Program-made: the position numbers and the translations under genes | In this document: positions 26,680 through 36,157 of the stretch, piece after piece | Layout of the letters: every line of letters begins with the position of its first letter | Numbering within the stretch: the stretch's first letter is position 1 | Notes under the pieces: generated by a model | Databases searched by the model: none | What the model was told of the DNA's origin: nothing | What the model saw: the letters and a program-made list of their open reading frames with translations, nothing else | Source: a virus | Taxonomy: Duplodnaviria > Caudoviricetes | DNA length: 56,243 bases | Direction: 5' to 3' (one strand) | Virus record (IMG/VR): IMGVR_UViG_3300019458_000040 | Coordinates: 1-56,243 of that record

Positions 26680-26993
26680 CGTCGGAGCGCCGATCGCCCG
26701 CCGCGGCGGCGCTCGCGCTCTTTCCGCGACTCCTTGAGGCGGGCTGCCGCGTCATCGCGCTGGGAACGGTCGTCGCGCACGCTCTCGACCTCGACGAGTG
26801 GATGGAGTGGCGCCAGGTGCGGCCGGCCGGAGCGCGGCTCCGCTCCTTCGGGCTCGACGCTCTGAGGCCGGGACCAGGCGGGATTTCGGCCGCCTCGCTA
26901 CCCTATCCCACGGATCGGAGTGGTTGGTGGGCGGATCCGGGAAACGCGGCGCGCGCGCGCGCGTTCTGCCGGACCGCTCTCAAGGAGGGATGA
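26467..26993 (+). CDS. Uracil-DNA-glycosylase-superfamily-like protein lacking a nearby in-frame start
   Basis: VVILGLWP, GRAGRAL, RGNL, RVIALG, LPYPTDRSGWW mirror the UDG motif order. Confidence 0.5.
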
Positions 26994-26996
26994 ACG

Positions 26997-29420
26997 ATGG
27001 TCACGAGGAGCGCCGCGGCGACCGGAACGACGGGCGAGATCGCGGGCGTCCTCGTCGACACGGCGGGGCGCCCCTTGCGGTCGAGCCTCACGAGCTCGAA
27101 CGGCAACGGTCGATCGCACGACTTCGAGTCGCTCGAGAAGAGCTTCGCCTCCACCATCTCGGGCTACGTCGAGTCGCTCTCCCGCCTCGATCTCCCGCCG
27201 CTCCTCCGGGCGCGCGACCCGTTCCAGAACCACGCCTGGGTCAGCGCGGCTGCGATCGCCGTGGCGTTCGTCTCGAGCCAGGCGCCGTTCCTCGTCTTCC
27301 GGGAGACGGATCGGGCCCGCAACGGCCGCGCCCTCGCGACGAAGGCCGCCGGGCGCTCCTGGATCGGCCCGCGCGCTGGAACCGGACGCCGCGCGGTCGA
27401 GCGCTACCTCCGCCGATCGATGGCCCAGCGGTTCCTCATGATCGGGAAGGCGGCGGAGCCGGACTTCGACCATCCGCTGATGCGGGTCCTCTCGGATCCG
27501 AATCCGCTCCTCAACGGCTCGCAGCTCATGCAGCTCACGATGCTCTGGCTCGCGATCCGGGGCGAGTTCTACTGGCTCCCGGTGGCGGAGGACGGGGAGC
27601 CCTCGCCGTTCGGAGAAGAGCCGGCGGAGCTGTGGCCGATCCCTCCCGACTGTGTCGAGGAGGAGTTCGCGGGTGGGCGCGAGCGCGGGGACTTCTCGGG
27701 CTTTTGGATCACCGCGCCCACGTACCTCCCGAGTGTCTTCCAGCGGAGCCGGCGGTTCTTCCTCGAACCGGGCTCCCTCATCCAGTTCAAGTTCCCGGAC
27801 CCGTCGAATCCCATCCGCGGCCTCTCGCGTCTGACCGCCGCCGCCGGCGCGATCGAATCGGACTTCTACGCGCGCGCCCACAACCGCGGTCTCCTCAAGA
27901 ACGGGGCCGAGCCGCGCGGCGTCTTCGAGTTCGAGGGCGTGCTGAATAAGCAGAGCGAGGAGGAGATCCGCACGAAGTTCAAGGAGCGGCACGAGAAGGT
28001 CGAGAACCGCGGGACGATCCCGATCCTGGGCCACGGGCTGAAGTGGAAGACGACGGGGCTCTCGCCGGCGGACCTCCAGTACCTCGAGGGAATGCGCTGG
28101 AACCGGGAAGAAGTCCTCGCGCTCCTCGGCGCCCACAAGTCGATCCTCGGCGTCACGGAGGATCTCAACTACGCGACGCAGCGCGCGGCGACCGCCAACT
28201 TCTGGGAGATGACGATCATCCCGAACATGCGGATCGTCGAGCAGACGCTCGACCGATCGCTCTTCTTCCCGACGACCGACGACACGTTCGGGATGTTCGA
28301 TGTCTCGGGCGTCGACGCGCTGCGGGCCGGGCTCCAGGAAAAGATCGACCAGGCCGACAAGCTCGCGCAGGAGCGGCTCCACGTCCCGCCGCGCGAGGCC
28401 TACAAGGTCGTCGGACTCGACGTGCCGGAGTACGAGGGAGACGACACGGCGCTCGTCTCGGCGCTCGCGACGCCGTACTCCGTCGCCGTCAACCTGGCCG
28501 AGAACCCGCTGCCTCCTCCTCCGCCGCCGACCGCGCCTCCGGGCCCGCCGGACGAGGAGGACGACGAATCCGCTGTTCTCCGGCCCCAGCGCGCGCCCGC
28601 CGCCGTGTCGACGAAGCAGACGGCCGCCCAGCGCCGGCGCCGGTGGCTCCGGTTCGTCCGGGTCCAGGGGAAGCTCGAAGGCGACATGGCCCGGCGATAT
28701 CGGTCCTGGGTCGCGGGCGAGCGGAACGCGACGCTCGAGCGGTTCGACCGCGAGGCGCGCCGCCTGGGAGCCGTCTCGGCTGCGCTCCGCCGCGTCGCCG
28801 TGATGAAGGAGCTGTCGCTCACGGCCATCCTCCCGGATCCCCGCGAGAGCGGGCGAGCGCTGAAAGAGAAGACGCGGCCGAACCGCGCGGCGAGCCTCGA
28901 GGCCTCGTTCCAGTTCACGCTCGAGGACATCGGGATCCCGACGTTCGCGATCGACGATGCGGCGCTGATGCGGTTCTTCGACCTCCGGGAGAGGATCTTC
29001 GCGGGGTCGGTCCCGGTGACCGTGCGCGAGAACCTCTTCTCGTCGCTGCAGGCGGGGATCCAGGCCGGCGAGACCGTCCAGCAGCTCCGCTCCCGGATCG
29101 CGGAGGTGTACCAGATCGCCGCGGGCACGCCGAAGACGCTCATGATCGCCCGCACCGAGACGGGGTCCTTCATGAACGGCGTGCGCGACGAGATGTTCGG
29201 GCTGCAGGGGCTCGAGACGCTCGAGTGGGTCACGGCCGGGGACGAGCACGTGCGGGCGACTCACGTCACGTACGGCGCGAGCGGACCGAAGCCCCGCGGC
29301 TTCGACTACCTGACGCTCGTTGGCCTGGGCAGTTCGGGCGCGCTGCGCTACCCTGGCGACTCGAACGCGCCTCCGGGCGAGACGATCAACTGCCGGTGCC
29401 TCCAGGTCCCTTCGGAGTGA
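26997..29420 (+). CDS. HK97-type portal fused to a Mu gpF/SPP1 gp7-like head morphogenesis domain
   Basis: HPL..L.DPNP, RGLSRL, KNGAEPRG, NYAT portal motifs; C-terminal IARTET, WVTAGDEHVRATH, YPGD, INCRC. Confidence 0.93.
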   Translation: MVTRSAAATGTTGEIAGVLVDTAGRPLRSSLTSSNGNGRSHDFESLEKSFASTISGYVESLSRLDLPPLLRARDPFQNHAWVSAAAIAVAFVSSQAPFLVFRETDRARNGRALATKAAGRSWIGPRAGTGRRAVERYLRRSMAQRFLMIGKAAEPDFDHPLMRVLSDPNPLLNGSQLMQLTMLWLAIRGEFYWLPVAEDGEPSPFGEEPAELWPIPPDCVEEEFAGGRERGDFSGFWITAPTYLPSVFQRSRRFFLEPGSLIQFKFPDPSNPIRGLSRLTAAAGAIESDFYARAHNRGLLKNGAEPRGVFEFEGVLNKQSEEEIRTKFKERHEKVENRGTIPILGHGLKWKTTGLSPADLQYLEGMRWNREEVLALLGAHKSILGVTEDLNYATQRAATANFWEMTIIPNMRIVEQTLDRSLFFPTTDDTFGMFDVSGVDALRAGLQEKIDQADKLAQERLHVPPREAYKVVGLDVPEYEGDDTALVSALATPYSVAVNLAENPLPPPPPPTAPPGPPDEEDDESAVLRPQRAPAAVSTKQTAAQRRRRWLRFVRVQGKLEGDMARRYRSWVAGERNATLERFDREARRLGAVSAALRRVAVMKELSLTAILPDPRESGRALKEKTRPNRAASLEASFQFTLEDIGIPTFAIDDAALMRFFDLRERIFAGSVPVTVRENLFSSLQAGIQAGETVQQLRSRIAEVYQIAAGTPKTLMIARTETGSFMNGVRDEMFGLQGLETLEWVTAGDEHVRATHVTYGASGPKPRGFDYLTLVGLGSSGALRYPGDSNAPPGETINCRCLQVPSE

Positions 29421-29427
29421 CACGCAC

Positions 29428-30618
29428 ATGGACATCGAGCTGAAGTCGGGCTGCGTCATCGAGGACCTCGACGAGATCGCTCGGCTCCTGATCGAACGCC
29501 AGAAGAAGGCGGAGTCCCTCGACACCGTGGTCACGATCGACGCCGACGAAGGGCCGATCGTGTCGAAGGCGATGCCCGGCGTCGCGTCGCCTCCCCAGGT
29601 CGATCCGGCGAAAGTCGAGAGCCTCGCGCGCAGCGTCGGCATCGAGTTCACTGAGGCGCACCGGGACCGCGTCGTCTCCTACTGGGCGAGCGACGAACGG
29701 GTCGACGGCGAGGGCGACATCATCCGCCAGAAATGGGACTTCTCGCGGTTCGAGAAAAACCCCGTCATGCCCTTCAGCCACGAGTGGCGCGGGCTCCCGG
29801 TCGCGAACGCGATCGACTGGGGCGTCGTGGCGCGGAAGGACAAGGATTACGATGGGCCGGCACTCTGGCTCGCCGGCCTCTTCCCGACGGAGGAGGAGTC
29901 GGGCATGGCCGACTCCATCTTCCGGCTCGTGAAGTCGGGGTTCCTGAAGGGCGGGTCCGTGGGCTTCAAGCCGCTCAAGATCACGCGCATCGAGGACCCC
30001 GAGGAGCGGAAGAAGCTCGGCCTCGGCACCTTCGGCGTCATCTTCGAAAAGAGCCTCCTCGTCGAGTTCTCGCCCGTCACCGTCCCCGCGAACCCGGGCG
30101 CGCACACGGCGCTCTCGGTCGCGAAGCGCGAGGGCCATCTCCGCGCCGAAGAGATCCCCCTCCTCCGCGAGCTGGTCCGCCGCGGCGCCGTCGCGCGCGG
30201 GCGGACGCCGGACGACTGGGCGAAGGAAGACGCCGCGATCGTCGCCGTGGCGAAGGGACTCTTCGCGGACAGCGCGCTCGCGCGTTCCCTCCGGAAGCAC
30301 GCCGACATGGGGGCGCCGATTCTCGACGAGAAGCGCGAGCGCGCCATCGTCCGAGTCGACGCCGCGGATCCGATCGAAGAGAACGTTGCGGCCATCCGGA
30401 CGGCGGTCGACGAGGGCTTCGCCGGCGTCTTCCGGCGGCTGGACGAGATCTCGGACGAGAACGTCGAGCTCCGGCGCCGGCTCGAGGAGATGGAGGCGCG
30501 GAACCTGGTGGGAGTGGTCACTCAGTCGAACGACGAGCCCCTGCCCGAGATCCCCATCTCGTTCGACGTCTCCGAGCGACTGCTTCGGGGGCTGGACGCG
30601 TTGAAAGCGGGAAAGTAG
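29428..30618 (+). CDS. HK97-family prohead protease
   Basis: VDGEGDII, NPVMPFSH, GGSVGF, LVEFSPVTVPANPGA. Confidence 0.92.
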   Translation: MDIELKSGCVIEDLDEIARLLIERQKKAESLDTVVTIDADEGPIVSKAMPGVASPPQVDPAKVESLARSVGIEFTEAHRDRVVSYWASDERVDGEGDIIRQKWDFSRFEKNPVMPFSHEWRGLPVANAIDWGVVARKDKDYDGPALWLAGLFPTEEESGMADSIFRLVKSGFLKGGSVGFKPLKITRIEDPEERKKLGLGTFGVIFEKSLLVEFSPVTVPANPGAHTALSVAKREGHLRAEEIPLLRELVRRGAVARGRTPDDWAKEDAAIVAVAKGLFADSALARSLRKHADMGAPILDEKRERAIVRVDAADPIEENVAAIRTAVDEGFAGVFRRLDEISDENVELRRRLEEMEARNLVGVVTQSNDEPLPEIPISFDVSERLLRGLDALKAGK

Positions 30619-30620
30619 AG

Positions 30621-30746
30621 CAGCACACGTCGTGACGCCGTACCGTCACACCATCCGTCCTTGATCGGGGCCTTGTCGGTCCTCGACTGACGTGCTGCCG
30701 GTTCACTGCCGGCGATGTGCACCGTCTGTCGGAGGACCACGGATGG
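30621..30746 (+). promoter_or_regulatory. Structured leader occluding the capsid RBS and start codon
   Basis: CCATCCGT 30651-58 pairs with ACGGATGG 30739-46; GGTCCTC 30678-84 pairs with GAGGACC 30732-38. Confidence 0.55.
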
Positions 30747-32233
30747 CTCCCCCCGCCGTCGACGTCATCAATCCCAAGGAGACGAGAGAGCAGCGCTTCG
30801 CGCAGCTCGTCGAAGGCCTGGAGAACGTCATCTCCAAGGACGGCCGGTTCTCGAAGCTCGAGGACAAGGTCGAGGCCGTCGCGAAGGCGCAGGGAGAGCA
30901 CGGTCTCGATCTCAAGGCGGCGCTCGAGGCGATCGAGAAGAACAAGGCCGCCACGGAAGCGCTCGCGAAGCGCATCAAGAACTTCAAGGGCGGTCTCTAC
31001 TTCCCGGGACTCGAGAACCTCGAGTTCGACATCTTCCTCGCCTGCGCCGCTATCGCGAACTGCATCAAGAATCCGAGCGCGAACCAGCGCCAGATCTTCG
31101 AGCAGTGCGGCGCGCGCCGCGAGTTCGACATCATGAAGGAGGTCGAGCGGCAGCACGAGCCCACCCTCCGCGTCTACAACCCCGGCCAGTTCAAGGCCGC
31201 GCAGCAGGTCGGCGACGATCAGCTCGGCGGCTACTTCATCCCCGATCAGGTCCTCTCGTCCGATCTCATCGTCCCGATCTACCGGAAATCGAAGTGGATC
31301 AACCTCTCCGGGATGGAGGGCGGCCAGACGAACATCCGCGTCATCGAGGGCCTCCTCGGGGCGTCGGTCGAGATCCCGAAGGCGCTGAGCGGGGTCGTCG
31401 CGTTCTGGGTGGGCGAGGAGGACGCGATCGCCGAGTCCGCCATGACGGGCGGCGTCATCGAGTTCAAGCCGAAGAAGCTCGGCTGCCTCGTGAAGATCAC
31501 CGAGAGCATGTCGCTCCTCCAGGGCGTGGGCTTCGACAACATGCTCCGGACCGACATGATCGAGGCGCTCGCGAAGAAGCTCGACGAGGCGGTCCCGTAC
31601 GGCGCCGGCGGAAAGGCGCCGCTCGGCATCGCGAAGGTCCCGAGCGACATCAAGATCTTCCAGGCGAAGCAGGACGGCTCCGGAAACGACATCTCCGGCG
31701 TCGTCGATCCAGCGACCGTCACCGACTGGCCGAGCGGCACGCTCGACCAGGAGGGGATCGAGAAGATGAAGCTCGCCTTCGAGGAGGACAACATCGACCT
31801 CGACGACAGCTTCCGCGTCATCAGCTCGCCGCGCTACTTCACCTGGCTCAAGACGCTCCGCCTCAAGCAGTACTCGGCGCAGCCCAACGTCGAGGCCGGC
31901 TTCGTCATCGGCGACGGGATCATTCGCGACGCGGCGCTCGCGGAGCGGATCGGTCAGTTCGTCCGAACGAACACGGTGGCCTCCAATCTCCTGCCCGGCG
32001 TCTCGATCGGCGGCGCGACGACGAACAGCGACGCGAAGCACACGGACGTCTTCACGGGCAACTTCAACCAGGTGATCCTCGGTCGCTGGGCCGGCATCCA
32101 GATCACGAGCGACGAGGGGAAGTGGAAGTTCGCCTCCGGTCACGTCCATCTCCGCGCCGTGCTCCACGCCGACGTCCAGGTCCGACAGGGTCGCGCCATC
32201 ATGCTCTGCCCGAACGCGAAGGTGAGGGCGTAA
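30743..32233 (+). CDS. HK97-fold major capsid protein
   Basis: N-terminal coiled coil, GGYFIP, AFWVGEEDAI, PKKLG, PLGI, GNFNQ. Confidence 0.93.
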   Translation: MAPPAVDVINPKETREQRFAQLVEGLENVISKDGRFSKLEDKVEAVAKAQGEHGLDLKAALEAIEKNKAATEALAKRIKNFKGGLYFPGLENLEFDIFLACAAIANCIKNPSANQRQIFEQCGARREFDIMKEVERQHEPTLRVYNPGQFKAAQQVGDDQLGGYFIPDQVLSSDLIVPIYRKSKWINLSGMEGGQTNIRVIEGLLGASVEIPKALSGVVAFWVGEEDAIAESAMTGGVIEFKPKKLGCLVKITESMSLLQGVGFDNMLRTDMIEALAKKLDEAVPYGAGGKAPLGIAKVPSDIKIFQAKQDGSGNDISGVVDPATVTDWPSGTLDQEGIEKMKLAFEEDNIDLDDSFRVISSPRYFTWLKTLRLKQYSAQPNVEAGFVIGDGIIRDAALAERIGQFVRTNTVASNLLPGVSIGGATTNSDAKHTDVFTGNFNQVILGRWAGIQITSDEGKWKFASGHVHLRAVLHADVQVRQGRAIMLCPNAKVRA

Positions 32234-32299
32234 GGCGATCTCCTGACGCTCGAGAAGGAGACCGAGAGGAACTACCGGAAACCGATCAGGAGAGACGCG

Positions 32300-32782
32300 A
32301 TGAAGGGTCACAACTTCTTCCACCAGGTCGTGGCGGGCCTCGCGATCCCGCCGCAGTCGATCGCCAACGCGACGGTGAACGGCACCGCGATCGTCGAGCC
32401 GTGGAGCAAGGGCCGCCAGCTCGTCTTTCATCTCCTCGGCGGAGCGTTCGCGGCGTCGGCCGACGGGCTCTGCAAGGTTCAGGTGCAGAAGCGATCGGAC
32501 AGCTCGTGGGTCGACTGGCTCAACGCCGCAGGAACGCTCGTGCAGTTCCCGGCCGCGAAGCTCGACGACGCGGGCGAGCTCGAGAACGGCGAGCTCCTCG
32601 GGACGATCCCGCTCACCGACGTCGATTCCGGGACCTACAAGGCGATGCGGCTCGTCTTCATCGCGCAGCACGCGACCGCGACGCAGCTCATCGCGGCGGG
32701 CTACCTGATCTTCGACCTCCGGAGCGAGCCCTCCGGCCAGGTCGACGAGCTCTTCGCGATCGCGCACGTGCCGGTGCCGTAA
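32300..32782 (+). CDS. Putative head decoration protein
   Basis: Follows the capsid gene; PQSIANATVNGTAI jelly-roll-like start. Confidence 0.65.
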   Translation: MKGHNFFHQVVAGLAIPPQSIANATVNGTAIVEPWSKGRQLVFHLLGGAFAASADGLCKVQVQKRSDSSWVDWLNAAGTLVQFPAAKLDDAGELENGELLGTIPLTDVDSGTYKAMRLVFIAQHATATQLIAAGYLIFDLRSEPSGQVDELFAIAHVPVP

Positions 32783-32839
32783 CGGGGCGGGGAACAAACT
32801 GCCGTGTCGACGACGTCGAGACCTATGGGGCCGCGCGAC

Positions 32840-32873
32840 AGGTCGGAGGCGGATCTCACCCCGCCTCCGACCT
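32840..32873. repeat. 13 bp perfect inverted repeat
   Basis: AGGTCGGAGGCGG-N8-CCGCCTCCGACCT between head and neck genes; no U-tract. Confidence 0.7.
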
Positions 32874-32964
32874 CGCCGGTGGACGTGCCGCGCGTGAAGT
32901 GGGTGCTTCACACCCCGCGCGTCGTGACTCGCTTCAAGCACCGGACGAAGGATGACGCTTCTCA

Positions 32965-33345
32965 GTGAGCCCCGCGGCCGCCATGACCGAACCGCGCGAG
33001 CTCGTTCTCGTGAAGGGCTCGTCGAAGAGCTTCGAGATCGTGCTCGTCGACGCGGAGGGGAATCCCGAATCGCTTTCGGGCTGGGACCGCGCCTCGTTCC
33101 GGGTGCTGGCGAAGATCGGCGACGCGACGCCGATCCTCTCGCGCGATACGGCGGCGGGAAACCTCGCGGTCGACGTGCCGACGTCGACGCTCACCGCAAC
33201 GCTCTCTCAGGCCGAGGCCGACGCGCTCGTGCCCGGCTTCTACGTGGGCGAGGCCGCCGTGCGGTACTCGGCCGGATCGAAGTGGTTTCACACGCGACTC
33301 GAGAGGGTGCGCATCCGGGCGTCCATCGCGCATCACCCCGCATGA
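32965..33345 (+). CDS. Ig-like virion protein
   Basis: LVKGSSKSFEIVLVDAEGNPESLSG pattern; position in the structural operon. Confidence 0.6.
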   Translation: MSPAAAMTEPRELVLVKGSSKSFEIVLVDAEGNPESLSGWDRASFRVLAKIGDATPILSRDTAAGNLAVDVPTSTLTATLSQAEADALVPGFYVGEAAVRYSAGSKWFHTRLERVRIRASIAHHPA

Positions 33346-33881
33346 TCTCGGTCGGCGAGCTGCGCCGGGAGCTCCACCTTCCGCCCGAGGAGGACGATCG
33401 CCTCGAAGCGCTCCGTCAGGAGGTCATCGACCTCTGGGAGACGGAGACGGGCCGGCCCTGGAACGAGCGCACGGGGTTCGTCGAGATCCTCGAGCCCGCC
33501 TCGCGCACGACGCAGGACCTTTTCCTCGACGTCGAGCCGGTCGCGACGGTGACCGAGGTGAAGGAGCGGAGCCTCACGGAGTCGGCCTGGACCATCGTGC
33601 CGGCGACGGAGTACGAGCTCATCGCCCCGCGCCGGCTCCACCGGTTCTCGGGCTACTGGACGGGGATGGTCCGTGTCACGTACACGGGTGGCACCACGGA
33701 CGCGCCCGCGGATGTGAAGCGCGCGCTTCTCCTCCAGGCGCGATTCCTGATCGACCGGATGAGCGACGCGAAGCTCATCACGCAGTCGCAGAACTTCGAG
33801 GGCGGCGCCGGCGTTTTCGTGCCGGCGAACCTCCACCCCTTCTTCAAGAGCCTCGCGGAAGCGAAGCGGCGGAGCGCCTGA
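33342..33881 (+). CDS. Head-tail connector (gp6-like)
   Basis: MISVGELRREL, ETETGR, VRVTYTGG, PADVKRALL. Confidence 0.8.
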   Translation: MISVGELRRELHLPPEEDDRLEALRQEVIDLWETETGRPWNERTGFVEILEPASRTTQDLFLDVEPVATVTEVKERSLTESAWTIVPATEYELIAPRRLHRFSGYWTGMVRVTYTGGTTDAPADVKRALLLQARFLIDRMSDAKLITQSQNFEGGAGVFVPANLHPFFKSLAEAKRRSA

Positions 33882-33883
33882 CC

Positions 33884-34585
33884 GTGGCGGCGCCCGCGAT
33901 CCAGATCAAGCTCGACGCGAAGAGCAAGCGCTTCCTCAAGGGCCTCGAGGAGGGCTCGCAGCGCGCGAAGGTGTTCTCGTCGCTCGTGCGCGTCATGGGG
34001 CGGCGTGGTCTCTTCATCGCGGGCAACATCTCGAAGAACCTGCTCTCCGGCCAGCGCCTCGCGCGCCGGACGGGCTCGCTCGCGCGCTCGATCACGGCCG
34101 AGGCCGAACTCATCGGCGGTCTCCCCGGCGTCCGCGTCGGCGTCTTCCGCGGGCCGGCGCTCCAGTACGCGGGCGTTCAGGAGTTCGGGACGCAGGGAAA
34201 AAACCCCGAGTCGCCCATCCCCACGATCAAGCCGAAGCAGGCGAAGGCGCTCGCGATGTCCGTGGGGGAAGCGCTGACGCCGGCGGGCGTCCCGCGCTAC
34301 CAGTCGCCGCGCCAGTTCCCGGAGAGCCTCCGGTTCGTGCCGTTCCGCTCGCGGAACGTGATCGGGGCGCTCTACCCCGAGAGCGAAATCGAGGCCGCGG
34401 AGAAGGCCGCTCGCGCGCGCGGCGGGAAGGTGTCGCTCGAGAACGCGGAGGCGGCCTACCTTCTCCTCCGCGAGCTCGACCTCGAGCCGAAGGAGTTCCT
34501 CCAGGACGGGATGCTGAACGGGCTCCCCGCGCTCGCCTCGGACGTGGGCGACGACATCGTGCGGCAGATGCGGGAGGCGGGGTGA
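33884..34585 (+). CDS. Neck/tail completion protein
   Basis: RTGSLARSI, YAGVQEFG, IKPKQAKAL. Confidence 0.75.
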   Translation: MAAPAIQIKLDAKSKRFLKGLEEGSQRAKVFSSLVRVMGRRGLFIAGNISKNLLSGQRLARRTGSLARSITAEAELIGGLPGVRVGVFRGPALQYAGVQEFGTQGKNPESPIPTIKPKQAKALAMSVGEALTPAGVPRYQSPRQFPESLRFVPFRSRNVIGALYPESEIEAAEKAARARGGKVSLENAEAAYLLLRELDLEPKEFLQDGMLNGLPALASDVGDDIVRQMREAG

Positions 34586-35031
34586 TGGAAACCCGCAAGA
34601 GCCCGCGCCGCGTCGTCATGGAGAGTCTCCGCGATCTCGCCCGCGCGCAGCGCTCCGGCGCCTACTTCGTCAAGCGCGGCGACATCGTGTGGGCGACGTT
34701 CCCGTTCGATCGGTTCCCCCGCGCGATGGCGCTCATGGTCGACGTCATGTCGTGCGCGCCGACCGAAGGAGAGACCCACACCGCCATCATCCGCATCGAC
34801 GCCGCGGCGCAGATCCCGGACCGGACGGACCCGCCGGAGATCGACGACGGGATCCACGACGAATTGATCGACGACGTCGAGTGCGTCATCTACGGGCTCG
34901 GGCCGCTGAAGGACGATCGCGGCGACACCGTCGCCTATCGGATCGACCCAGAGAAGTCGGGGATCCGAGAGTTCCACGACGCCGGGCTCCGCGTTCAGGG
35001 CATCCACGCTCAGTTCACCGTGAAGTTCTAA
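34582..35031 (+). CDS. Putative tail terminator
   Basis: Size and position immediately before the tail tube genes. Confidence 0.6.
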   Translation: MMETRKSPRRVVMESLRDLARAQRSGAYFVKRGDIVWATFPFDRFPRAMALMVDVMSCAPTEGETHTAIIRIDAAAQIPDRTDPPEIDDGIHDELIDDVECVIYGLGPLKDDRGDTVAYRIDPEKSGIREFHDAGLRVQGIHAQFTVKF

Positions 35032-35044
35032 GGGAGGAAGTGAC

Positions 35045-36127
35045 ATGGCTTTGGGCTTCCAGGACCCGTGGGTTTCCGGAACTCGCTTCCTCTTCAAGCG
35101 CGAGAACCAGGGCGCCACGCAGTTCCCGCTGATCGATCTCGGCGCGATGGATCCCGTGGGCCCCACGCTCACGGTGACGAAGATCGAGGCGAAGGACGGC
35201 GGCACGGGCCGCCTGAAGACGCTCGACGAGCGCGTGACGGACTTCGTCGAGGAGTACACGATCACGTGCCGGAATCTCAGCGTCGAGAATCTCGCGATTC
35301 TCTATCTCGCGAACCGGCCTTCGAGCGTGACGCAGAACGCGAACACGACGAAGACGATCCCGACGTCGCCCTCGACCGTCTTCATCAAGATGTTCAAGGG
35401 CGAGCTCGTGAAGCTCCACGACGACGACACGGCGAGGTCGCTCCTCTACAACTTCGACGCGATCGGCGGGCTCTACAACGGCACGGTCGCGTTCGCGACG
35501 CTGACCGCGATCTCGCGATCGGCGAAGACGCTCACGGTGACGGGCGACATCACGGCGAGCCTGACCCCCAACGACTCCGTCATCGTCGATCGCACGGGTC
35601 TCGCGAACGCGAAGAACTCGCGCTCCTACAAGATCGTCTCGTCCTCGTTCGGCGGCGGCAACACGACGATCGTCGTCGCGGACACGCCGGCCTCAGACGA
35701 GACGGCGATCTCGGACCAGGTCGTCTACGAGAACGGCGGGCTCATCTACAACCAGGGCACCGACTGGCTCCCGTACCGCGTCGATCACGGCATCATCCAG
35801 ATCACGGCCGGCAGCGCGATCGCCGACGGCGCGACGAACGTGACGGTGCGCTCGAGCCTCGCCGCCTACTCGGGCGCCCGCCAGATCAAGCCCAAGTCCG
35901 CCGCCGGCGAGATCCGCGGCGACGGCTTCTTCATCTTCGCACGCGGCAACAACGCGGAGGTCACCTACCGCGAGGCGCGCGTCGCCATTCGTCCGGCCTC
36001 GGCCGCGATCGGCGTCGACGACTACTCGACGGTGAGCTTCACGGTCAAGGTGCTGACGACGCTCGGCGCGGAGCAGCCCGCGGGCCGTCTCGTCCAGGCG
36101 ATCGGAGCCGTTCCCACGAACTCGTAA
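35045..36127 (+). CDS. Putative tail tube protein, copy 1
   Basis: Position; DLG...ITCRNLSVENLAIL; strong RBS. Confidence 0.75.
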   Translation: MALGFQDPWVSGTRFLFKRENQGATQFPLIDLGAMDPVGPTLTVTKIEAKDGGTGRLKTLDERVTDFVEEYTITCRNLSVENLAILYLANRPSSVTQNANTTKTIPTSPSTVFIKMFKGELVKLHDDDTARSLLYNFDAIGGLYNGTVAFATLTAISRSAKTLTVTGDITASLTPNDSVIVDRTGLANAKNSRSYKIVSSSFGGGNTTIVVADTPASDETAISDQVVYENGGLIYNQGTDWLPYRVDHGIIQITAGSAIADGATNVTVRSSLAAYSGARQIKPKSAAGEIRGDGFFIFARGNNAEVTYREARVAIRPASAAIGVDDYSTVSFTVKVLTTLGAEQPAGRLVQAIGAVPTNS

Positions 36128-36157
36128 CGGAAAGAGCACTCGAGCAGGAGACTCATC

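Noticed and set aside
26997-29420. Portal-gpF fusion as a novelty
   Set aside because: Such fusions are already known in phages
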